Source of the DNA: a virus
Strand: one strand, 5' to 3'
Virus record (IMG/VR): IMGVR_UViG_3300047472_000191
Span: 1-64,000 of that record
Length of the DNA: 64,000 bases
In this document: positions 54,298 to 62,500 of the stretch, in pieces
Numbering within the stretch: position 1 is the first letter of the stretch
Layout of the letters: each line of letters starts with the position of its first letter
Translations under genes and position numbers: made by a program
Notes under the pieces: generated by a model
What the model saw: the letters and a program-made list of their open reading frames with translations, nothing else
The model's database searches: none
What the model was told of the DNA's origin: nothing

Positions 54298-55854
54298 GTG
54301 GCGGATGAGAAGTTAGGCGACGACAACCTGCCTCAGGGCGGTGTTCTCGCCGATTACGCCCTGGATTACCCGGACAAACCTCTCGTCAAAACGGCCAGTG
54401 GTGCCCCCGAGGTGGCTCTTGAAGCCGAAGAGGGAAGCCTTTACACCTGGTCCGACTCTTTCGCCGCTTCCTGGTCCGGTGTCCCCGGCCGCATCCTTCT
54501 CGACGAGAACGAATTCGAAAGTCTTTCGTTTGAGGAGATGCTCGGCCGGGACGGTAAGGCCCGGACCATTCAGCAGGTCCTTACTCTCCCGATCCGGTCG
54601 GCGCCGTGGAAGATCCTCCCGGGCCCTGGGGACAGCGGCGAGGCTGCCTTCGTTCAGGACGCGCTGACCAAGCCCGCCAACCTGGGCGGTATGAAGACCC
54701 CGATGCGGCTGCTCATCGCACAGGCCCTGTCTGCCCGTACCAACCGCAAGGCGTGCTTCGAGAAAGTCTTCGTGGAGCGGGACGGCAAGATCGTATACGA
54801 CCGGCTGGCCTTCCGGCCCTCCCCGACCACTGCGATAGCCCGCGACCCGAAGACGGGTGCGTTCCGGGGCTTCCGGCAGCGCCCAGTGTCCGTCGGCGGC
54901 GCCGTGTGGCCGAACATCTGGATAGACATCCCCGCCCAGTACAGCTGGGTGCACCTGAACAACCAGCACATCAACGCCGCACGCGGACACTCCGACATGG
55001 AGCTGATCTACTGGCTGCACGACAAGAAGCAGAAGGTGCTGTTCCTCTGGGCCTCGTTCCTGGAAGCGAACGCCACCGGCCGGTACGTCGTGCAGGCCGA
55101 GGACGAGACCCGGGCCAAGCAGTACGCAAAGGCCCTGCGGTACGTCAAGAACGGCGGCGTCCTCGGTACGTCCTCGGAGATCAAGATCGACACCCTGGAG
55201 CTGGGCACCGGGGCGGCCGGGCTGTTCAGGGACTTCATCGACTACCTGGACAACCAGATGGCAGCGTCGGTGTTGGCCGGGTTCACCAACCTCCCCGACA
55301 GTCCCGGCGGGTCCTACGCGCTGTCCAAGGACCAGTCGGACTTCTTTCTCCAGTCCCTCACCGGCACCGCGAAGGAGCTGGCCGAGTCCATCACGAACTA
55401 CGTGATCGCCGACCTGGTCATGTACAACTACGGGCCGAAGGGCGTCTGCCCAAGTTTCGAGTTCGGGCCGCTGTCCGAGGGCGACTTGGAGACGGTCAAG
55501 GGGCTGCTGCTCGGCTTCGGTACGACCCCGACGGAACTCCGTGTCCCGCAGGCCTTCATGACCGAGCTGACCAAGATGATGGGCACCTATCTGGACATGC
55601 CCATGGAAGAGGTCAACAAGGAGTTCCAGCAGCTGGAGGACCGCATCGACCAGCGGATGGATCTGGAGCTGGAGACCAAGAAGGCCGGTCTGGACGCCCA
55701 GAAGCAGATGGCGGCGCAGGGCGGTCCTCAGGCGGGTGCCGCCGTGGGCGCGGCCAATCAGCAGAAGAAGGCTGAGATGGCGAAGGCCGGGGCGAAGATC
55801 AATAAGGCGGCGCAGATGGTCCAGCAGAAGGCTGCGGCCGTAAAGGGCAAATAA
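54298..55854 (+). CDS. Portal protein (DUF935-like)
   Basis: 518 aa after terL; 'GGSYALS', 'DLVMYNYG...P.FEF'. Confidence 0.8.
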   Translation: MADEKLGDDNLPQGGVLADYALDYPDKPLVKTASGAPEVALEAEEGSLYTWSDSFAASWSGVPGRILLDENEFESLSFEEMLGRDGKARTIQQVLTLPIRSAPWKILPGPGDSGEAAFVQDALTKPANLGGMKTPMRLLIAQALSARTNRKACFEKVFVERDGKIVYDRLAFRPSPTTAIARDPKTGAFRGFRQRPVSVGGAVWPNIWIDIPAQYSWVHLNNQHINAARGHSDMELIYWLHDKKQKVLFLWASFLEANATGRYVVQAEDETRAKQYAKALRYVKNGGVLGTSSEIKIDTLELGTGAAGLFRDFIDYLDNQMAASVLAGFTNLPDSPGGSYALSKDQSDFFLQSLTGTAKELAESITNYVIADLVMYNYGPKGVCPSFEFGPLSEGDLETVKGLLLGFGTTPTELRVPQAFMTELTKMMGTYLDMPMEEVNKEFQQLEDRIDQRMDLELETKKAGLDAQKQMAAQGGPQAGAAVGAANQQKKAEMAKAGAKINKAAQMVQQKAAAVKGK

Positions 55855-55859
55855 AAAAC

Positions 55860-55898
55860 CGAACCCCGCCAGGAGCTGTGCTCAACTAGCGGGGTTCG
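55860..55898. terminator. Hairpin after portal
   Basis: CGAACCCCGC...GCGGGGTTCG. Confidence 0.6.
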
Positions 55899-55938
55899 AT
55901 CACCCAACCACCCAAAATGGATATTACTGGGAGGGTGT

Positions 55939-56568
55939 ATGTCGGAGCAAGCGCAGCAAATGGCCCAAAGCGAATCTTCACAACATGAGGCTGAGATTGC
56001 TGCCGTGGTTGCCATTTTGGTGGCCGGGCCTCCGCTCGTCACCGCGATACAGGCTATTTCAGCTGTGTTGAAAACTCCCAAAAAGCTCGCACTCGGTCTA
56101 CTCGCCCTCATCAAGTACAAACCCGGCAAAAAGACGAAGGCGACCGCAGCCGGACCCGTCGCAGCCGCCATAAAAAAGAACATGCGCTTCCGGGCCGCCT
56201 ATGTGATCAACGCTGTCCGGCGGCTCGCCGACGCCCCCGACCTTCCCGCAGCACTCGCCCGGGAAAAGCAGCTGTTTGCCGCTCACAAAGAAGCCGCCGC
56301 ACGCCGCACAGCCGCCGCGAAAGCCTCCGCCGACATGGCTGCAACCAGCAACAGCCGCACCCTGGGCTGGGGCGGAATTCTCGACGATCGCACCACCCCC
56401 GACTGCCGCTGGCTCATCGGGAAAAACTATTCCGTCGACAATCCGCCTGAAGGCCTGCACCCCGGAGGACGGCACCCGCGCTGCCGCTGCTACCCGACCC
56501 CGGCCTACCCTGGAAAACCCGTCGTCACGGAACTCCCCGCGCACCTCCGAGGAAATTCGCCGCTATAG
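55939..56568 (+). CDS. MuF-like minor head protein
   Basis: 'W..ILDDRTTPDC..L.GK...PG.RHPRCRC'. Confidence 0.8.
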   Translation: MSEQAQQMAQSESSQHEAEIAAVVAILVAGPPLVTAIQAISAVLKTPKKLALGLLALIKYKPGKKTKATAAGPVAAAIKKNMRFRAAYVINAVRRLADAPDLPAALAREKQLFAAHKEAAARRTAAAKASADMAATSNSRTLGWGGILDDRTTPDCRWLIGKNYSVDNPPEGLHPGGRHPRCRCYPTPAYPGKPVVTELPAHLRGNSPL

Positions 56569-56651
56569 GTACTAGCCTCCCAGATTGACGAATAAACAGG
56601 TAGTTTGGTATCCGGCATGCCAGCTGAAAACTCGCGCGAGGAGACCGAACC

Positions 56652-56975
56652 ATGGCCACAGCTTTAACCGTCATTTCCGCTTCCAATGGCGGTCTGACCA
56701 CCTTCCCGCCCGTCGCGGCGGACACCACGGGAAACACGTTCACGAACGACGGCCGCACCTGGCTGTTCATCGACGGCGGCGCCGCCGGTGGAACTCTCGT
56801 CGTGAAGTCGAACGTCATTCTCCCCACGGGCCTGGTCGTGCCGGACAAGACGTACACCATCGCCGCGACCACCACGTACCTGCTCGACCCGTCCGACTTC
56901 CCGTACGTCGTCACCGGCGACACGGTCAAGGTCACGGCGTCCGTCAACACCATCAAGCTCGCCGCGTTCCACTAA
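56652..56975 (+). CDS. small beta-rich virion protein
   Basis: GAGGAG RBS; Thr/Val-rich; in the head module. Confidence 0.65.
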   Translation: MATALTVISASNGGLTTFPPVAADTTGNTFTNDGRTWLFIDGGAAGGTLVVKSNVILPTGLVVPDKTYTIAATTTYLLDPSDFPYVVTGDTVKVTASVNTIKLAAFH

Positions 56976-57005
56976 ACCCGACGTAACCTTTCTGGAGCGC
57001 AGGAC

Positions 57006-58982
57006 ATGAGTGCAGAGACAGGGGCGTTAGCGACCACCCCGCATCCGTTAGGAAAACCGAACGGACCGGGGCTATTTCACGACAAGTCGTTGAGCCTGCC
57101 GCCGTACATCGAAAATATCGCGCATTCCCTCATGACTAAGCGCGGGATGGACAAGTCCAAGGCCATACAGACCGCAATTGGGGTCTGTCAGCGCTGGGCG
57201 GCCGGGGGCGGCGACGTCAAGCCTGAAGTACACGCTGCCGCACAGGCTGCTGTCGCTGCCTGGGAAGCCGCCAAGGCCAAGGCCCGCGCGACCCCCAACA
57301 AGGGCGACGTGAAGCTGTCCCAGCCGATGACCCTCCTGCGCTCCATCCTGGATGGCTCCAGTGCGGTGGAACTGGCTCAGATCGCGGCGGAGCCCACGGG
57401 TCAGCCGGTGAAGGCCAAGACCTCGAAGCAGCCCGCCAAGGCCCCCCAGAAGGGCCAGCAGCAGACCAAGCACCAGCTGCCGCCGGGGGCCGTCGGCTGG
57501 AAGCACAACTGGGTTCCCGTCGACAAGAACGGCAACGCGGTCGGTCCGTCGCAGAAGGACAAGTCTGCGTCAGAGATCAAGGACATGGCGGGCCACGACC
57601 AGGCCACCAAGGATGCGATCGCCTCGGCGTACCACAACAAGGCAGTGGCGGACGGCAAGAAGGCGGCCACCAAGGCGAAGTCGGCCAAGAAGGCTGCCGC
57701 TGCGGCTGCCAAGCGGGCTGCGAAGGCGAAGGCCGCTGCCGCCAAGAAGGCACTCCGGGCCAAGGTGGTTGCCGCCAAGAAGGCGGCGGTGGCCACCAAG
57801 AGGACCGCAGCTGCTGCTGCGAAGGCCAAGGCGGCGAAGGACAAGGCGCGTAAGCAGCTGGTCAGTCAGGCCACCAAGCAGGCTATTGCGGACAAGAAGG
57901 CGGGCCGGTCTCTGACGCCGTCTCAGCAGAGGCTGCTGGACGCGTACAACGGTCAGCAGGCCGCGACGCTGGACAACCTGCGCAACAACGTATCCCTGTC
58001 CCAGCCGATGCAGACTCTCCGCGCCGTGCTGGATGACCCGTCGGCAGTGGATCTGGCGGCCCCCGGCTCCCGGGGTTACATCTACACCCACAACTGGCAC
58101 CTGAAGGCGGGGGTGAACCTGCCGAACAGGGGACAGCTGCCGAAAAGCCACGGGAAGACCGTGGGTCACAAAGTTGTGGGGAAGGACTTTGCGTCTCCGG
58201 AGATCAACAAGGCCAAGGCGGCATTCGCCGCTGGTCACAAGGCCCCGAAGGTGAAGGCGACCGCCCCGAAGGTGCAGGGGGCCGCCCCAAAGGCGCCGGG
58301 AGCTGCCCCGCCTGACGGGAAGCCGTCCGAAATCCTCAAGTACACCGCCGCCAAGAAGGCTCACACGGCGGCCTATCACGCTGTCGGCAAGGCGCAGCAG
58401 GAGAACACCGTCAAGGCGCATGAGGCCGCCGTCAAGGCGCTTCTGGAGTCCCACCAGGCCAACTTGAAGGTGGGTCTGAACGGCGCGGCGAAATCCTCAC
58501 TGCAAGGGGCTCAGGTGCACGCGCAGAAGGCACTCTCTCTGGGTGGCAAGCCGACTGCCTCGACCCTGGACGCCCCGTTCACGCCGCATGAGGAAGTGCA
58601 GATTCAGACGGCGGTGCACAAGCTCAGCCAGATGTCAGACACCCAGTTCGCGGGACTGGCGAAGACCCACGGGAACGTCTCGAAGACCGCTACTCGCAAG
58701 GAGCGGATGCAGGCCGAGGCGGTACGACGTGCGGAGCAACTCCGGGTGGGGCTGGCTCCGACCAGTAACCCCGTGGCGCTGTCCCAGCCGGTGGAGCTGG
58801 GGGCGTCTGCGGAGTTCGGCGGGGACTCCGGCGGCCCGGTCCCCACGGTCAGTTCCCAGGACGGTCCCCGGGTCTCTGTAAACACTCTGATGGCCAACGT
58901 CCCGAAGCGCGTGCTCACCGATGCCGCGAAGAAGGCGCAGAAGAAGCGGCGCGGGGATGCCCGAAAGGGTGTCAAGAAGTGA
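57006..58982 (+). CDS. 658-aa Ala/Lys-rich head-module protein
   Basis: Histone-H1-like AAKK tract; repeated LSQP..[DE]LA modules. Confidence 0.75.
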   Translation: MSAETGALATTPHPLGKPNGPGLFHDKSLSLPPYIENIAHSLMTKRGMDKSKAIQTAIGVCQRWAAGGGDVKPEVHAAAQAAVAAWEAAKAKARATPNKGDVKLSQPMTLLRSILDGSSAVELAQIAAEPTGQPVKAKTSKQPAKAPQKGQQQTKHQLPPGAVGWKHNWVPVDKNGNAVGPSQKDKSASEIKDMAGHDQATKDAIASAYHNKAVADGKKAATKAKSAKKAAAAAAKRAAKAKAAAAKKALRAKVVAAKKAAVATKRTAAAAAKAKAAKDKARKQLVSQATKQAIADKKAGRSLTPSQQRLLDAYNGQQAATLDNLRNNVSLSQPMQTLRAVLDDPSAVDLAAPGSRGYIYTHNWHLKAGVNLPNRGQLPKSHGKTVGHKVVGKDFASPEINKAKAAFAAGHKAPKVKATAPKVQGAAPKAPGAAPPDGKPSEILKYTAAKKAHTAAYHAVGKAQQENTVKAHEAAVKALLESHQANLKVGLNGAAKSSLQGAQVHAQKALSLGGKPTASTLDAPFTPHEEVQIQTAVHKLSQMSDTQFAGLAKTHGNVSKTATRKERMQAEAVRRAEQLRVGLAPTSNPVALSQPVELGASAEFGGDSGGPVPTVSSQDGPRVSVNTLMANVPKRVLTDAAKKAQKKRRGDARKGVKK

Positions 58983-59557
58983 CTCTAGCTGGGGTTTTCG
59001 CTACCATCATGAGTTATACTTATCTCATGATGGTGACGGATGCGCAGCGCGAGGAACGACTGTGGGCCCGGGTGGAACCCGACGGGATCTGCTGGCGGTG
59101 GACAGGAGACACCACCAAGTCGGGGTATGCCGTTGTGACTTGGAAGGGCAAGATCTGGCGGGTACACCGTCTGATCTGGGAAAAGCTAGTCGGCCCCTGC
59201 CCCGAAGGGCTGGAGCCGGATCACCTCTGCCGGGTGCGGCACTGCGTAAATCCCGACTGCATCGAGTGGGTGACGCCGGAGGAAAACAAACGGCGCATGC
59301 ACGTGGCACGCGGTACCCAGACTTGGAACGGTGCCAAGACGCACTGCCCCCAAGACCACGAGTACACACCTGAGAACACCGGTCGTGACAAGAAGAACCG
59401 GCGCTACTGCAAGACGTGCAACCGGGAGAAGGCCAACAAGCGCCGTATCTCTTGGACGTACGAGGAGTGGGAAGCCAAGAAGGCCAAGGACAGGGCGTAT
59501 TACTACGCCAAAGTTGCTGCGCGGGCAGATGAGATTGATAAGGCAGGTACGCCGTGA
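58979..59557 (+). CDS. HNH endonuclease
   Basis: 'CWRWTG...GY', 'VHRLIW', 'DHLCRVRHCVNP', 'KTHCPQDHEY', 'RYCKTC'. Confidence 0.9.
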   Translation: MTLAGVFATIMSYTYLMMVTDAQREERLWARVEPDGICWRWTGDTTKSGYAVVTWKGKIWRVHRLIWEKLVGPCPEGLEPDHLCRVRHCVNPDCIEWVTPEENKRRMHVARGTQTWNGAKTHCPQDHEYTPENTGRDKKNRRYCKTCNREKANKRRISWTYEEWEAKKAKDRAYYYAKVAARADEIDKAGTP

Positions 59558-62500
59558 CACCCGATTACTCGCAGGAGTACGAGTTAGTGTTCGTGGAGGT
59601 GTTACCGCCGGGCTATACGGTAGTTGACCCCTCCGCGATCGACCCCTCCGCAATCGAGCTGTCAAACAACCCGGCCGGTGCGTTAGCATTCCGTTATAAG
59701 CACGGATGGCACTTAATAAACCCCCTGATCCCCTCCCGGGGACTCAGCGGCGGCGGTCTCGCCCGGCAGCACGGCCACCTCTCCGGCGGCTACACCACCG
59801 GCCACTTCCACAAGGGCGCGGACGGCAAGGTCCACTTCAAGGCCGCCAACCGGTACGCCGACAAGGCCGACTGGGAAAAGGAAGTCAAGGCCGGAGCTGC
59901 GGGCGTCGCCGCCAAGCAGGAAGCGGCAAAGGCTGCCGTCCAGAAGGCCGAGGACGCCACCAGCCTCACGGAGAAGCTGGCCGGGGAGAAGGCCCCCAAG
60001 GCGGCCCAGGCTGCGGCCCACGCGGCTGCCGCTGCGGCCCACCAGGACGCGGTCAAGCAGTTCCAGGCGATGGGGCAGGACGGTCTCAAGTCCGGGGTGC
60101 TGACGCATTCGGCCCACAGTGCGATCCACGCGTCCAAGGCGGACCAGCTGGGCTCGGCCGCCAAGGCGGAGAAGGCCCAGAAGCTGATCCAGCGCAAGGA
60201 GCTGGCAACCGGCCTGTCCAAGAAGGCCAACAACCTCAGCTTCTCGTCGCACGGGTCTACGGCGCTCCCGAAGGACAAGGCCGCGCTTCACCAGAAGGCT
60301 GCGGCGGCTCACACGGCCGCCCAGAAGGCCCACGAGCTGGCTGGGAACCCCAACACGGCCGAGACCCACGGAATGGCCGCTGCGAAGCACGAGACGCTCG
60401 CCGCGCACCAGCTGGAGAAGCACAAGCAGCTGGAGCACGGGGCCGGGGTCAAGTCGAACAAGGCTGTGACTGCCTCCAAGAGCGCCCACATCGCGGGCGA
60501 AGAGGGTGACTCCCTGCCCTCTCAGATCGCCGCGCACCAGCACGCTGCACAGGCCCACGGAGAGGCCTCCGCCGCGCACAACAGCCTCGGTAACATCAAG
60601 GCTGCGCAGGATCACCTGACCAGCAAGATGGCCCACAACGGTCACGCTGCCCAGCTGAAGGAGAAGCACGCCAAGCACGAGGCGGCGACGGCCGAGCACA
60701 ACCAGCTGAAGGGCGCCGCCAACGCGGCGTACCAGAAGGCCATCGGCATGCCTGAGGGCACGGTGTTCGAGAAGACCGCCAAGGCAGATGCCCTCAAGGA
60801 GGCGTCCGAGAAGACCGGCGCTGCCATACAGCACGGCGCGAAGCACGGCCTGCCCGACGATCAGCTGATAACGGCGAAGCACGAGCAGCTGACCGATTTC
60901 GCCAAGCAGTTGACGGGTGAGGTCGAGCAGGAGCACAAGGCCACGGCGAAGCTGAACCAGGCTGCGTTCGACGCCACCGACAAGGCCAAGGCGGCGTCCC
61001 TGGATGCCCAGGTCTCCGGCGCGCTCGCGGACCACTGGGCGGCTCACGACGCGCATCAGGCTGCTGCGGAAGCCGGTCAGGCGGCGGGCCACGGGGCGGA
61101 CATCCAGCAGTTCCACGCGAAGCAGAAGGAAGCCCACCTGGACAAGATCGCCAAGATCCAGGAAGAGCAGGACGCCGCCAAGAAGGCCGCTGCCGAGGCC
61201 AAGAAGGCTGCACAGCTCAAGGCGATCGACATGTCGGACGCCGCCAAAGCGGCCAGCCTCGACGCCGAGAACACGCCCCACGGCAAGACCCTGGTCGGCA
61301 AGCACCTGGACGCTGCCGCCGCGCACCTGGACGCCGCCGACGCGGCAAAGGACGCCAGTGGCGGGGCAAAGCTGGTCGAGCACCACACGGCCATGGCGAA
61401 AGAGCACACCGCAACGGCCAAGAAGGTCAGTGCGGACGTCTCGAAGGCCGACCAGACGGCCGGGGACCACTTCAACAAGGGCGACGACGCCGAAACCACC
61501 GGGGACCACAGCGCTGCGGTCCAGCACTACAAGAAGGCCGCCGAGGAAGCCGATAAGGCTGGGAACATCACGCTCAAGGCCAACGCCCTGCACTCCGTCG
61601 CCAACATCACGGGGACGAAAGAGGACCACAAGGCGGCCGGTAAGGCTGCACTGAAGGTCCAGATCGCGGAGAACAAGAAGGCCAAGCCCAGCGAGTTCAT
61701 CCAGAACAAGTACGAAAACATGGCGGAGGAGCACCTCGCTGCCATCGACGCGGGCAGCACCGCTCCGAAGGCCTCCGAGGCGCCCGCGCAGGCGGAGGGC
61801 AAGGTTCTCAAGCCGGTAGGCAAGTTGACCGGTACTGGCAAACAGCTCGGTTCCCACGCCAATGAGGTACTGGTCGACGAGGCCGGGAACCAGTGGCTGA
61901 AGAAGGCCGACGCCAAGGGGTATTCCCGGGTACTGGACCCGGCGCTCGCCTCCCTTCAGCGCAAGGTCGGCATCGAGACGCCTGTCTTCGTGAAGACGAA
62001 GGAGGGGCACCTCCAGGGCATGATCCCTGGTGCGGCGGACGCCTTCCCCGGTGGCAAATTCGACCCGGAGAAGCTGTCCCCTGAGGACGTCACCAAGATG
62101 CTCCAGCACCAGGTGCTGGATTTCGCGACGGGCAACCAGGACACCCACTCAGGGCAGTGGCTGCGTAACCCGGACGGGTCTCTCACGCAGATCGACCAGG
62201 CCCAGGCGTTCAAGTTCGGTGTCGGCAAGGGGTCGGGCGGCTACGGCAAGGGTGACCCGACGACTACGTACCCGCCGAACCACCCGGATACCGAGGTGTA
62301 TCCGAAGCTGTGGGCTGCCGCCCAGGCAGGCAAGATCGAAATCCCGGACCCCAGCGGGGACAACGAGTTCGCTAAGACGATCCAGGCGATTCAGGACATG
62401 CCGGACGAACAGTTCAAGGCACTGTTCAAGCCGTACGCCACACAGGTAGTCGCCAACGGCGGCAACCCGGGCGGGCACGCCACGGTGGACGAGTTCCTGA

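Noticed and set aside
55885-55915. GGTTCGAT resembling a tRNA T-arm
   Set aside because: It is the 3' arm of a terminator-like hairpin with no cloverleaf
57006-58982. Major capsid, tape measure or TolA call for the Ala/Lys-rich ORF
   Set aside because: Low-complexity resemblance only; no HK97 features and no TM segment
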